DNA of 64,000 nucleotides from assembly GCA_964577985.1 (NCBI GenBank), contig CAZOAR010000002.1, positions 13,130 to 77,129 on the forward strand, given 5' to 3'. How positions within the stretch are numbered: the stretch's first letter is position 1; every line of letters begins with the position of its first letter. Shown here piece after piece: positions 29,182 to 39,376 of this stretch. The notes beneath the pieces are model-generated. The model worked only from the letters and a program-made list of their open reading frames with translations. It made no database searches and was not told the origin of the DNA. A program made the position numbers and the translations under genes. Origin of the DNA: an uncultured Gemmatimonadota bacterium (lineage in GTDB: Bacteria > Gemmatimonadota > CAZMKB01 > CAZNLH01).

Positions 29182-30650
29182 AACCTCCGGAGAAGCGTCT
29201 TGTCCTGGTCGCGAACAGGCTGCCGGTCGTCCTGAAGAGAAGCATTGAGGGGTGGGAGGCCCAGCCATCATCGGGAGGACTGGTCACGGCGCTCGCGCCG
29301 GTACTCAGGAACCGGGGTGGTCTCTGGATCGGCTGGCCCGGCACATTTGGCATAGATGATGACGAAATAAATGAGCTGCTTGCGCTTGGCAGCAGAAAAA
29401 CCGGATACGAGTTGAAGGCGGTACACCTCACGCCGGAGGAGGTCGAAAGTTATTACTACGGCTTTTCCAACGAAATAATCTGGCCCCTGTTTCACGACCT
29501 TCAGTCACACTGCAACTTCAACCCCACCTTCTGGAAGACGTATCAGGATGTGAACAGAAAATTCAGCGAGGTGATTCTGAGGAATACCGATCCCCTTGAT
29601 TTCGTCTGGGTACACGACTATCACCTGATGTGCGCGGCAAGAGAACTGCGCGACATGGGTGTCGACCCACTGATCGGATTTTTTCTCCACATCCCATTCC
29701 CTTCTCTGGACATCTTTCTCAAACTCCCCTGGCGGTTCCAGATTCTCCGCGCCCTTCTCGCCTTCGACCTGCTGGGCTTTCAGACACTGCGTGACAGGCG
29801 CAATTTTCTGCAGTGCATCAAGGCGCTTATCAAGGACGCAACCGTCCGGGGGAAAGGGCAGGTCATGACGATACATTACGAGGGTCGGGAGATCAGGGCG
29901 GGGAGCTTTCCCATCAGCATCGATTTCGAGGAGTTCTCTCAGCTCGCCGCCACTCAGGCGGTCGCGGACAAGGCCTGGTACACACACGAGGACCTTTCCG
30001 ACCTGCATATAGCCCTGGGGATAGACCGCCTCGACTATACGAAGGGAATTCCCAACAGGCTCGAAGCGTTTAGAAACGCGCTCTCCCGCTATCCTGACCT
30101 GATCGGCAGGATCATACTGATTCAGGTGGTTGTCCCCAGCAGAGAGGAGATTCCCGAGTATTACGGGCTGAAGACCGAGATAGAGCGAATGGTGGGGGAG
30201 ATCAACGGCCAGTTCACGCAGTCGGACTGGGTCCCCATACACTACATATACCGAAGCATTGAAAAGACTGAACTCCTCGCCTATTACCGTACCGCCGAGA
30301 TAGCGCTGGTGACCCCGCTGAAAGACGGAATGAATCTTGTCGCGAAGGAGTATTGCGCGTCGAACCTCGAAGAGAACGGCGTTATCATACTCAGCGAATT
30401 CGGAGGGGCCGCGGCCCAGCTGCAGAAGGGAGCGATAATGGTCAATCCCTACGACATAGAGGGCGTTGCGGATGCCATATACCAGGCCTTCACGATGGGT
30501 CGGGAGGAGCGCAAATTGCGGATGAGAAAGATGCGGCAATCGATCCGCCGACAGGGCATCTTCTGGTGGGTCGACTCTTTTCTCAAGGCTGCCATCGCGA
30601 AGGAGCTTCAGGATTTTCCGCTGCTCGATGAATACTTCCCGGAAGATTGA
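29178..30650 (+). CDS. otsA: Alpha,alpha-trehalose-phosphate synthase (GT20)
   Basis: 490 aa. [10 protein letters not shown]…GGLVTAL…GGLWIGW…, HDYHLM, …[16 protein letters not shown]… are all GT20/OtsA hallmarks. Overlaps the otsB stop by 4 nt. Confidence 0.9.
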   Translation: MKPPEKRLVLVANRLPVVLKRSIEGWEAQPSSGGLVTALAPVLRNRGGLWIGWPGTFGIDDDEINELLALGSRKTGYELKAVHLTPEEVESYYYGFSNEIIWPLFHDLQSHCNFNPTFWKTYQDVNRKFSEVILRNTDPLDFVWVHDYHLMCAARELRDMGVDPLIGFFLHIPFPSLDIFLKLPWRFQILRALLAFDLLGFQTLRDRRNFLQCIKALIKDATVRGKGQVMTIHYEGREIRAGSFPISIDFEEFSQLAATQAVADKAWYTHEDLSDLHIALGIDRLDYTKGIPNRLEAFRNALSRYPDLIGRIILIQVVVPSREEIPEYYGLKTEIERMVGEINGQFTQSDWVPIHYIYRSIEKTELLAYYRTAEIALVTPLKDGMNLVAKEYCASNLEENGVIILSEFGGAAAQLQKGAIMVNPYDIEGVADAIYQAFTMGREERKLRMRKMRQSIRRQGIFWWVDSFLKAAIAKELQDFPLLDEYFPED

Positions 30651-30825
30651 CTTCAGGCAACTATTTCCTTTATTTCTCAGGCCAGGCATGTTAGAGTCAT
30701 AAGGGATTCCGGATGAGTCAGACAATTTACGGCGAAGAGCGGATTGACGTAACCCGCTACCAGGATTAGTGATATCATCGTTACAGGTGGGTACTTGCTG
30801 TCGACTGACAAGGGGGAGATGACCA

Positions 30826-31572
30826 ATGGCTACTATTGACGAGCTTCAGAAACAGATCACGGACATCAAGGAGAGGCTGAACCAATTGATGGCGGGCGGC
30901 GGCGCGAGGCCCGGCGAGATCCGTTCGATGAGAAAACGACTCAAGAGGACGCAGAGAAAGCGCGGCAAGCTGATAATCAGGATTGAGCAGGCCGAGAAGA
31001 TTATGAGCGGGAAGAAAGAAGCGGCAAAGGCTACTCCCGCGAAAGAGGTGAAGGAAGAGAAAGAGACGCCCGCCGAAGAGCCGAAGGCTGTAGAGGCGGC
31101 TGCCGAAGCGCAGGAAGTATCATCCGCCGAGTCTGCGCCTGCGGAGGAAGTGGCGAAAGAAGCTCCCGCCGGGGAGGTGAAGGCGGAGGAGGAGGCACCT
31201 CCGGCTCAAAAGGCGAAGGAGGAAAAGGAGTCCGTGGCTGGAGAAGCTGAGGACGAGGATAAGATTCCCGCGAAGGAGGAAGCCGCGCCGGCTGAGCAAA
31301 CCGGGGGAGCAGGTGAGTCCGCGGAGGCAAAAACCCCTGATGACAAGCAGGCACCGCCCGGGGAAGTAAAGAAAGAGGAGACAACTCCGACTGATCAGGC
31401 CCCACCTGCCACGGGGGCGAAAGAGAAGAAGACCTCCCCGAAAAAGGCCGTGACTGAGGCTGAGGGAGCAGAAGAGCCCGGCAAGGCGAAGGCCTCCGCG
31501 GCGAAAAAGAAGACTCCGGCAAAGAAATCCGCAAAGAAGGAATCGAAGCCCGAAGAAGATGCGAGTGAGTAG
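30826..31572 (+). CDS. Lys/Ala/Glu/Pro-rich low-complexity protein with basic coiled-coil N-terminus
   Basis: 248 aa. First about 70 aa are a charged helix (…RKRLKRTQRKRGKLIIRIEQAEKIM…). The rest is AKPEE-type low complexity. Antisense frames of this repeat produce spurious long ORFs. Confidence 0.5.
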   Translation: MATIDELQKQITDIKERLNQLMAGGGARPGEIRSMRKRLKRTQRKRGKLIIRIEQAEKIMSGKKEAAKATPAKEVKEEKETPAEEPKAVEAAAEAQEVSSAESAPAEEVAKEAPAGEVKAEEEAPPAQKAKEEKESVAGEAEDEDKIPAKEEAAPAEQTGGAGESAEAKTPDDKQAPPGEVKKEETTPTDQAPPATGAKEKKTSPKKAVTEAEGAEEPGKAKASAAKKKTPAKKSAKKESKPEEDASE

Positions 31573-31644
31573 AAGATACAAAGGAATAGAGTCAGGAGAC
31601 GGAGTGCTTGAGGACGTTGCGGGGCATCGCAAGCTCCTGCAGCA

Positions 31645-32610
31645 CTATTTCTGAAAAAGCTCGGTCGAAAAATAACGATACGCGTTGTCCGGTATTATGG
31701 TCACGACAACCTGGCCCTCTGCCAGAGATTTTCCCACCTCCAGCGACGCGTATACGTTTGCACCTCCAGATATCCCGGTCAGGATCCCTTCCTCTCTGGC
31801 CAGGCGTCGGGCAGTGCTGATTGAATCTTCATCGCCGACCTGGATAACCTGGTCCACGAGTTCGGTACTCATCGTGCTCGGGACAAAGCCTTCTCCTATC
31901 CCCTGAATCTTATGAAACCCCGCCTCGCAGCCCGACATGACGGCGGAACCGGACGGTTCTACTACCACCCTCTTTACATCAGGAGACTTCCTGCTCAGAA
32001 CCTCGGCGACCCCACTGAAGGTTCCACCAGTACCGCAGGCGGCGACGAAGGCGTCAAGCTTTCCGTTCGTTTGATCAAGGATCTCCCTGGCGGTTGCATT
32101 TGCGTGCGCGATGGGGTTGTCAGGATTTTCGAACTGATTCGGCATAAAAGCATTCGGTGTCTCTTCGACGATATCCTCGGCCCTCTTTACGGTGTTCTCT
32201 ATATCCTCTTTTGTAAATCCTCTCTCGACATCGCCACAGGAAGGGACCTGCTCAACCCGCGCTCCCAGATACTCTATCAGCATCTTGCGCTCACTGCTCA
32301 TCGCCTCAGGCATCACCGCTATCATCTTGTATCCCTTCAGGGCGCACACCAGGGCGAGCCCGATACCGGTGTTTCCAGAGGTTGGCTCGACAATCACCGA
32401 GCCTTCCTTTATCTGACCTCTCCTCTCCGCCTCTTCCAGCATGTGCAGGGCAATCCTGTCCTTGATACTCCCGCTCGGATTGTAGAACTCGAGCTTCGCC
32501 CATATCTCCGCCGGATTATCCTTCGATAATCGTTCAAGTTTCACTATGGGCGTGTTGCCAATCAGAGACAGCACGCTTTCGATTGGACCATCCACTACTG
32601 TATCCTCCAC
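31645..32610 (-). CDS. cysK: Cysteine synthase (PLP-dependent, CysK/CysM family)
   Basis: …GNTPIVKLERLS…KLEFYNPSGSIKDR… with the PLP-lysine motif. GTGGT nucleotide loop. Confidence 0.85.
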   Translation of the reverse strand: MEDTVVDGPIESVLSLIGNTPIVKLERLSKDNPAEIWAKLEFYNPSGSIKDRIALHMLEEAERRGQIKEGSVIVEPTSGNTGIGLALVCALKGYKMIAVMPEAMSSERKMLIEYLGARVEQVPSCGDVERGFTKEDIENTVKRAEDIVEETPNAFMPNQFENPDNPIAHANATAREILDQTNGKLDAFVAACGTGGTFSGVAEVLSRKSPDVKRVVVEPSGSAVMSGCEAGFHKIQGIGEGFVPSTMSTELVDQVIQVGDEDSISTARRLAREEGILTGISGGANVYASLEVGKSLAEGQVVVTIIPDNAYRYFSTELFQK

Positions 32611-32731
32611 CAGTCATTGATACCATCAGTTCACGCCTGGCGCCGCAACCGCTTCTCTGGCGCCGAAGGGCCATCGTATAGTAAGAGAAGTGCCGAAGGG
32701 TGTCAAGAAGCGAAGCGGTAGAATCTTGCCT

Positions 32732-33655
32732 CTAATCCACCATTGGAATCTCGATGACCATCCCCTGCTCCAGAAAACTCGACTCGTACGCATCAACCGG
32801 AAAGGTCTTCTCAATCTTCTCAAGGGCCAGGCTCATCTGTTTCTGATCCCGGAAGATCCCGAAAACCGATGATCCCGATCCGGCGAGGAGAGATCCCTCG
32901 GCGCCCATACCGAGGAACGCATCCTTGATCTCCTTCAACTCTGGATGCCTGGCAAATATTACCTTCTCGAAGTCATTATGGAGGTGAGAGAGTATCCACT
33001 CCTCCTGATTGAGGTTGTCAAATGAAACGATATCAGTTCCGGGGTAGTCTATCTCATCCATCTCATCCATCAGATGATACGCCGACTGGCTTGAGACTTC
33101 AAACCCGGGATAGCAGACTCCCACGTTGAGTGAGGGAACTGTGCGCAGCGGTATCAGCCGATCTCCGCGACCCCACGCCAGTGAAGACCCGCCATACAGG
33201 AGAAACGGAACATCAGATCCAAGTTCACCCGCCAGACGATAGATACTGGTCTCCGGGAGAGGGCTCCCATACAGGAGGCTGAGTCCCCTCAGGGCCGCCG
33301 CTCCATCCGCTCCCCCGCCACCCAACCCGCCCCCGACGGGGATATGTTTCCTGATGGTAATGTCCACTCCCTCTTCCTGGCCGGTCTCCTGGAAGAATCG
33401 CTCAGCGGCCCTGCAGGCTATGTTCTCCGTCCCCCGGGGGATTCCTTCCTGGTCTTCCGGCTCGATCGAGAGGTTTATCCCGCCCGCGTTCCTTTTAAGC
33501 AGCACTTCATCCCGCAGGTCTATCGACTGGAACAGGGTCTCAATCAGGTGATAGCCCGAATTGCACGACTCCAGTATTCTCAGATAGAGGTTTATCTTGC
33601 CCGACACAACGACCAGGACCTGGTCCAGAGCATTGCTTCCCGCTGTCTTATCCAT
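32732..33655 (-). CDS. ispE: 4-diphosphocytidyl-2-C-methyl-D-erythritol kinase (MEP pathway)
   Basis: KINLYLRILESCNSGYHLIETLFQSIDL aligns with E. coli IspE [28 protein letters not shown]. GHMP motif PVGGGLGGGGADGAA. Confidence 0.85.
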   Translation of the reverse strand: MDKTAGSNALDQVLVVVSGKINLYLRILESCNSGYHLIETLFQSIDLRDEVLLKRNAGGINLSIEPEDQEGIPRGTENIACRAAERFFQETGQEEGVDITIRKHIPVGGGLGGGGADGAAALRGLSLLYGSPLPETSIYRLAGELGSDVPFLLYGGSSLAWGRGDRLIPLRTVPSLNVGVCYPGFEVSSQSAYHLMDEMDEIDYPGTDIVSFDNLNQEEWILSHLHNDFEKVIFARHPELKEIKDAFLGMGAEGSLLAGSGSSVFGIFRDQKQMSLALEKIEKTFPVDAYESSFLEQGMVIEIPMVD

Positions 33656-34732
33656 TTATTCCTCCACGCTTGAATCTTCCATCTTTATCCTTTCCTCTGT
33701 CCTCTTCAACTCTTTCCACGTAAGATGTTCCTTGAGAAAATAGATGAAGCCTATCAAGGTTACCGGCAGGAAAGAAAGCATGTGGAACACACTCGAGTAA
33801 CTGAGAGAAAGGTCCTTGGATATCCCGTAAACCATCAGCGCACGCTCTGTGAGCCACTGGTACGTGCCTATAAACGCGGGTGACGAGGGCGCCGCCAGAC
33901 CAAGCGCGACTATGGAGAGGACGAAATACGGACCGGTACGCGGGACCTGGATACCGAAACTTTTCAGCGCGATCGAGATCGACCACCCGAGGATCAACCA
34001 GTGTACAAACGAAAGGATTAACACGATCGCTATGAGGCGCCTGTCTCTCAGGATATCGAGCCCGTTGATAAAGCGGAGTATAAGCGATTCCATCCTGGTT
34101 TTCATCTCGCTTGAGACGATTCTCCCCACATTCGAGATAACACCGGCAAACCTCTCGGGCCACAGCATCATTGACACAACGAAGACGCACAGGAAAACGA
34201 AGATACCAGTCCCGTACCACCCGACGACAACCACCCACCCTGGAAACGTAAACGTATAGAAGACAAAGAGGAGAATAGTCAGCAGGGTAAATCCGTCGAA
34301 GAGTCTTTCAACGACTATCGTTGCCATCGCCGCGCTCCCGCTGATCTTCTCTTTTCGCGAGATGACATATGCTTTCACAAATTCGCCAAGCCTTGCCGGC
34401 AACAGGTTGTTGGCCATAAAACCTATCATCGTCGCGGAGAAGAGCGAAGCAAACGATATCTTCTTCCGGGGAAGGAGGAGATACCCCCACCGGATGGCAC
34501 GGAGGGGAAACTGGATCATTGACACGAGGCAGGCGAGTCCCAGGGCCTTGTAGTCGGCGGTGATAAGATAATAGCGGATCTTCTCCAGATGGAGATCAGG
34601 GTTGAATATCTTTCTCGATTGAAGATGGATTATGCCATATGACAATTCCTTGAGATCGTGATTGAGGATTACCAGTCCAAGGAAAAATAAGCCCAGGAGA
34701 GGGCCGGCCCACTTCTTCCAGCTCACGAGCAA
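33656..34732 (-). CDS. UPF0104 / lysylphosphatidylglycerol-synthase-TM-like (flippase-like) membrane protein
   Basis: 358 aa, about 8 TM helices. N-terminal …LVILNHDLKELSYGI…IRWGYLL… is typical of the family. Confidence 0.7.
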   Translation of the reverse strand: MLVSWKKWAGPLLGLFFLGLVILNHDLKELSYGIIHLQSRKIFNPDLHLEKIRYYLITADYKALGLACLVSMIQFPLRAIRWGYLLLPRKKISFASLFSATMIGFMANNLLPARLGEFVKAYVISRKEKISGSAAMATIVVERLFDGFTLLTILLFVFYTFTFPGWVVVVGWYGTGIFVFLCVFVVSMMLWPERFAGVISNVGRIVSSEMKTRMESLILRFINGLDILRDRRLIAIVLILSFVHWLILGWSISIALKSFGIQVPRTGPYFVLSIVALGLAAPSSPAFIGTYQWLTERALMVYGISKDLSLSYSSVFHMLSFLPVTLIGFIYFLKEHLTWKELKRTEERIKMEDSSVEE

Positions 34733-34793
34733 TTATCTCCTATCCCATGCGGCTCTCAGGACACACAACCTCAGAGGTTCGGCTCCGTCTCCC

Positions 34794-35933
34794 TCAATTG
34801 ACATCGAGAACCTTCTTGTGGATCTCTATCGGTTCCGTTTCCAGTTCCTTTTCTTCCACCATTCTCAGGGGAATCGGGTAACAGAGGAGCGTAACTTCCA
34901 GCCGATCCAGGTTCTCCAGGAGCGGGACTTTAGAGATACCCGTTCGTTTCCCGCCCGGATCAATACGGTCGTCTTTGAGGATCGATCTAGCGTTCCAGAT
35001 GTCCACGGAATCGTCATCCGCCATCTCAAACTCCACTCCGAGCCTGAATCCCACATCCTCGAACAGTTCCCTGCCGTCTCCATCCAGACCGACGATACTT
35101 ACCACGAGTTCCCTCAGCGGAGATCCCCCCGGTAACTTATGGCCCGATCCATTGTTTGATATAGTAGTTCTCACATTGACCGAATCCGAGGATACCGTCA
35201 GCGTCGCCGAGAAGGTGCAGGCCTTCTGAAGCATCTCAGCCCTTTGTCCACCGGAGAACCGATGGCTCGAGACATCGCCCCTGACTTTCCCGTAGTTTGA
35301 AGCCCTGGCCGTCGACTCCGGCATGTGGCAGTCCCGGCAGCTTTTTCCCGCCGTTCTCGATCTGTTCTCTTTCCATGATTCATAATCAGAATAGATGAGA
35401 ACACCATACTCATTCCTCAGATGATGACACGTCGCACAGTAGTCCGCCGTTCCAAAGCCATCTTCTTCCTTGATCCCATGGTATATCGATTCTCCTCGGC
35501 CTGTACGGCCAACCTTGTCGTTTCCGGGACGGGATTGAAACTCGGTTATGCCTGAACGCTCACGCAACACTGATAGTGAGTGGCAGTAATCGCAATTAAC
35601 GCCTTCACGCGAGATTCCCTTCATGACCTTCGTGTCTCCACTGTTCCACGCGACCGGGGCGTGACACGAAAGACACTTCACATCTTCTTCCCTGGATTTG
35701 ACGGCGGCGTACAGGTCCTGAAAGAGGGAATCCTCCCACGATACCGCGTGAAAAGATCTCTCCCACTCGTGGTAGATGTTGCTGTGGCACGATTCGCACA
35801 CAAGAGAGGACTCGTAGCTCTTCTCTGTCGCGAACAGGTTGCCGGGCAGAGAGGGAGCCGTGAGAAGGACCGGCAGAAGGACCGGCAGCAATTCCCAGGT
35901 CCGGAATCGATGATACATCTCTATCGGGGACAA
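34794..35933 (-). CDS. Secreted multiheme c-type cytochrome (five CxxCH)
   Basis: Signal peptide. Heme motifs CESCH, CLSCH, CDYCH, CATCH, CRDCH. First-heme context CESCHSNIYHEWERSFHA parallels CRSCHAEIYEKWNATSHA in the C-terminus of the selenoprotein at 61597..62928. Confidence 0.8.
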   Translation of the reverse strand: MSPIEMYHRFRTWELLPVLLPVLLTAPSLPGNLFATEKSYESSLVCESCHSNIYHEWERSFHAVSWEDSLFQDLYAAVKSREEDVKCLSCHAPVAWNSGDTKVMKGISREGVNCDYCHSLSVLRERSGITEFQSRPGNDKVGRTGRGESIYHGIKEEDGFGTADYCATCHHLRNEYGVLIYSDYESWKENRSRTAGKSCRDCHMPESTARASNYGKVRGDVSSHRFSGGQRAEMLQKACTFSATLTVSSDSVNVRTTISNNGSGHKLPGGSPLRELVVSIVGLDGDGRELFEDVGFRLGVEFEMADDDSVDIWNARSILKDDRIDPGGKRTGISKVPLLENLDRLEVTLLCYPIPLRMVEEKELETEPIEIHKKVLDVN

Positions 35934-35952
35934 GACTCACTCCAGTCGGTAA

Positions 35953-36663
35953 TCATTCGACTGCCCGCAGGATCACCCTGGCTGGCGCGCCATCGACTCC
36001 ATCCAGCTTCAAGGGAAGGCAGATAAGCTCATACTCACCGCCCTCAATTCCTCTGAGATCCAGGCCCTCGATCAGCCCTGTTCCCGCGGAGAGAAAGATG
36101 TGGTGTGTTGGCGCTTCCTCGAGACCATATTTCTCCACCGAGAGGTAATCGATACCCACTGTCTTCACTCCGATGTCAACGAGATGAGACGCAGCCTCCT
36201 CAGAGATGTAGACGAAGTCCCTCTGGAACGGGCCCTTCTCCCACAGGAGCGAATTCGAAGTCTTGAATATCACTCGATCTCCCCTCCGGATGTCCAGCGA
36301 TTCCAGATCTCCCTTTCCTATGCACGTACTTGCCGTCATGGTGTGAACCACGGCCCTGCCTACAAAAAGATCGAGGGGGAGCTTATCGACACTGTCTCCG
36401 CCGCCGACAAAATGAAGAGGAGCGTCGACGTGCGTTCCCGTGTGACAGCCAGCCCTCAACCCCGAGACATTCGCGCCCGCCCCATTCTCTATCGAATGCA
36501 ACCTGTGGACCTCCAGGTCCGGCTCTCCCGGCCATACCGGCATTCCGGGCCTCAGGTGTACTGAGATATCATATATCTTCATCCTCGCTGGAGCCTCTCC
36601 CTTCTTCCGGATACGAGATTCGTCCCCGGGAAACACCACCTGAATTTTGAAGAAGCTTAACAT
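35953..36663 (-). CDS. Cyclase family protein (kynurenine formamidase-like)
   Basis: 236 aa. …HTGTHVDAPLHF… metal-binding motif of the putative cyclase/arylformamidase family. Confidence 0.75.
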   Translation of the reverse strand: MLSFFKIQVVFPGDESRIRKKGEAPARMKIYDISVHLRPGMPVWPGEPDLEVHRLHSIENGAGANVSGLRAGCHTGTHVDAPLHFVGGGDSVDKLPLDLFVGRAVVHTMTASTCIGKGDLESLDIRRGDRVIFKTSNSLLWEKGPFQRDFVYISEEAASHLVDIGVKTVGIDYLSVEKYGLEEAPTHHIFLSAGTGLIEGLDLRGIEGGEYELICLPLKLDGVDGAPARVILRAVE

Positions 36664-36707
36664 TATTCAGCCGATAAGTCAATCGACCCGCGAGTGCCGC
36701 AAAAAGG

Positions 36708-36737
36708 TTGACAAACACTCCCGCACTTCGGTAGACT
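36708..36737 (+). promoter_or_regulatory. Putative sigma-70 promoter for glnA
   Basis: TTGACA, 18-nt spacer, TAGACT. AAGGAGG RBS at about 36756, 5 nt before the ATG at 36767. Confidence 0.45.
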
Positions 36738-36766
36738 TACCGGTATTGAGCCCAAAAGGAGGAAAT

Positions 36767-38092
36767 ATGGCCCATACAAAGGAAGAAGTCCTTCGAATAA
36801 TCGAAGAACTCGACGTCAAGTTCATTTACCTGTGGTTTACGGATATCCTCGGCATGCCGAAGAGCTTCGCGATTCCAGCGCATGAAGCGGAAAACGCGTT
36901 GAACACCGGGATGGGGTTCGATGGTTCGTCGATCGAGGGTTTCACAAGGATCCAGGAGAGCGACATGATCGCCTTTCCTGATCCGGGTACATTCAAGATC
37001 CTCCCGTGGCAGTCTAACGGTTTCCTTATCGGTAGAATCTTCTGTGACATTCTTCGACCCGACGGCTCTCCCTACGAAGGTGATCCGAGATATATACTCA
37101 AGAAGAACCTGGAGTACATCGGCAGCAAAGGGTACACGTATTATGTGGGCCCCGAGCTTGAATATTTTTATTTCCCCGATCAGCATGACCCGACGCCCCT
37201 CGACAAGGGAGGATATTTTGATCTCCTGCCTCTCGACATGGGAACGGATCTCCGCAAGGAGACGATAAAACACCTCGAGGAGATGGGTATCCAGGTGGAA
37301 TACAGCCATCATGAGGTCGGCAACGGCCAGCACGAAATAGACCTCCACTATATGGACGCCTTGACGATGGCCGACAACGTGATGACGTATAAGATGATCG
37401 TAAAACGGGTGGCGCACGACAGGGGTGTGTATGCCACGTTCATGCCCAAGCCGATCTTCGGCATGAACGGCAGCGGGATGCACGTGCACCAGTCCCTCTT
37501 CGAGGGAGAGAAAAACTCCTTTTTCGAGCCGTCCGCCGAAAACCATCTGTCGGACGTAGCGAAACACTACATTTCAGGTCTGTTGAAACACTCACGGGCT
37601 ATTACATGCGTGACTAACCAGTGGGTGAACTCGTACAAGCGGCTTGTCCCCGGTTATGAGGCACCCGTTTACGTCTCGTGGGCGACAAAGAACCGCTCGG
37701 CACTCATCCGTGTTCCGGATTACAAGCCCGGCAAGGAGGGAGCGACGAGGATCGAGTATCGCTCTCCTGATCCCGCCTGCAACCCCTACCTGGCATTTGC
37801 GGTCATGCTTCGCAGCGGTTTTGAAGGTATCGAGAGGAAGTACGAACTATCTCCGCCAGTCGGGAACAACATCTACGACATGACCGATGAAGAACGCAGA
37901 GATGCGGGTATAGCGAACCTCCCCGCGGACCTGTGGGAGGCGATAAACCTTATGGAGGAGAGTGAGCTCATAAAGGAGACCGTCGGAGAGCACATCTTCT
38001 CACAGTTTCTGCGGAGCAAGAAGATCACCTGGGAAAAATACAGGGCACACGTAACCCAGTACGAGATAGACACGTTCCTCCCGATCCTTTGA
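36767..38092 (+). CDS. glnA: Glutamine synthetase, type I
   Basis: 442 aa from the internal ATG (MAHTKEEVLRIIEELDVKFIYLWFTDILGMPKSF…) with a strong RBS; the ORF track extends upstream to a TTG. GS catalytic motifs (…NGSGMHVHQS…, …RIEYRSPD…). Confidence 0.9.
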   Translation: MAHTKEEVLRIIEELDVKFIYLWFTDILGMPKSFAIPAHEAENALNTGMGFDGSSIEGFTRIQESDMIAFPDPGTFKILPWQSNGFLIGRIFCDILRPDGSPYEGDPRYILKKNLEYIGSKGYTYYVGPELEYFYFPDQHDPTPLDKGGYFDLLPLDMGTDLRKETIKHLEEMGIQVEYSHHEVGNGQHEIDLHYMDALTMADNVMTYKMIVKRVAHDRGVYATFMPKPIFGMNGSGMHVHQSLFEGEKNSFFEPSAENHLSDVAKHYISGLLKHSRAITCVTNQWVNSYKRLVPGYEAPVYVSWATKNRSALIRVPDYKPGKEGATRIEYRSPDPACNPYLAFAVMLRSGFEGIERKYELSPPVGNNIYDMTDEERRDAGIANLPADLWEAINLMEESELIKETVGEHIFSQFLRSKKITWEKYRAHVTQYEIDTFLPIL

Positions 38093-38214
38093 TCGTTGGA
38101 CGTGCTCTGAAGCAGACGAGCGCATATCTGTCGCCCCACTTCCACCGGGGATGACGGTGAACCGGGACAACACAGGGCGCGTACTTCCAGCACGGTACAG
38201 CCCCACGGATCAAT

Positions 38215-39357
38215 TCACGACTGAATAAGGGCGATCAGCCTCTCCGCAATTCCGTCCCAGGTGTAACCCTTCTCGATCCGATGGCGGCCGTTTTTCCCCA
38301 TGCGGCGGGCAAGTTCCCTGTTCGACAACAGCATGATGGTCTTGCCGGCAATCTGGCGTGGATCTGCTGGATCTACAATGAATCCCGTTTCGCCGTCTGA
38401 GATGGCATCCGACACACCGCCGGAGTCGCCCCCTATCACCGGTTTTTCACAGGCGTTCGCCTCGAGGTATGTTATGCCGAACCCTTCCGTGTCACCTTCT
38501 ATTTCCCTGCTCGGCATGAGGTAGACGTCGCAGAGGTTGTAAAACAGACGCAACTCCTCCGGCATGGCGTATCCCGCGAAAACGACATGATCAGCAATAC
38601 CGAGTGATTCCGACTGCGCCTCGAGTTCACGGCAATATAGATCATCCCGCGGACCGCATATGATGTATTTTACGTCAGGGAACCTCCTCACTATTTCTGG
38701 CAATGCCGCGATCACGCGGTCGTGCCCCTTGCGACGGATCACCCGCGCCAGCGTGAGGATTATTCTCTCATTTGATAGCCCTAAACGCTGCTTCAGTAAC
38801 GATGTGTCCCTGTCTGGATAGAATCTCTCTATGTCTACCCCGTTTGGAAGCACCACACACTGCCCCTTCCCCAGACCAAACTGATCAATTATGTGACGCC
38901 GGGTAAACCGGCTGACGGCGATCACCAGCGTACTCTTCTCAAGCGTGCGTCTGAGCCACTTCCTTTTCAGACGGGTCATCTTCCGGGTGACTTCAAGTCC
39001 GTGAACAACCGTCACGAGCGGTATCTCCCTGGCGCGGGCCGTGCCGACCAGCCCCCTGGCGACGTTCCAGGTGGTTGCAATCACCAGGTCGGCCTCGGCG
39101 CCAGATGCGAAATATCGCCTGATCGCCCTGCGGCAGAATATAGTACGCCACCTTCGCCATCCCTCACCCTCTATCAGGCTCAGTTCATACACTCCATCCC
39201 GCCTGACCGGTGGAGATTCCGCTCGATCCCGGCTGAAGACCACAACTCTGTGACCTTGCCCGCTCAGGCCGGCGGCAATGCCGGATGCCCACTCAGATAT
39301 CCCGCCGCTGTATGGAGGAAAGTCTTCCGAGAAAATCAGGATGGTTCTTCTTTTCAT
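38215..39357 (-). CDS. Glycosyltransferase family 4
   Basis: Start trimmed to MKRRTILIFSEDFPPYSGGISEW (typical GT4 N-terminus), leaving a 17-nt gap after the tsaD stop. C-terminal …EGFGITYLEANACEKPVIGG…. Confidence 0.8.
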   Translation of the reverse strand: MKRRTILIFSEDFPPYSGGISEWASGIAAGLSGQGHRVVVFSRDRAESPPVRRDGVYELSLIEGEGWRRWRTIFCRRAIRRYFASGAEADLVIATTWNVARGLVGTARAREIPLVTVVHGLEVTRKMTRLKRKWLRRTLEKSTLVIAVSRFTRRHIIDQFGLGKGQCVVLPNGVDIERFYPDRDTSLLKQRLGLSNERIILTLARVIRRKGHDRVIAALPEIVRRFPDVKYIICGPRDDLYCRELEAQSESLGIADHVVFAGYAMPEELRLFYNLCDVYLMPSREIEGDTEGFGITYLEANACEKPVIGGDSGGVSDAISDGETGFIVDPADPRQIAGKTIMLLSNRELARRMGKNGRHRIEKGYTWDGIAERLIALIQS

Positions 39358-39376
39358 CTGTGAAATACCCGCTCGT

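Noticed and set aside
31031-31632. Long minus-strand ORFs (167 and 170 aa) antisense to the KAE-rich gene
   Set aside because: They are frame artefacts of a GC-rich low-complexity repeat (PPSP/LLLR runs). The sense-strand gene has the coherent N-terminal domain and start context.
33656-34732. Mobile element or genomic island signals (integrase, transposase, tRNA-flanked repeats)
   Set aside because: None are present. The window shows no recombinase genes or obvious terminal inverted repeats, and reads as core chromosome throughout.
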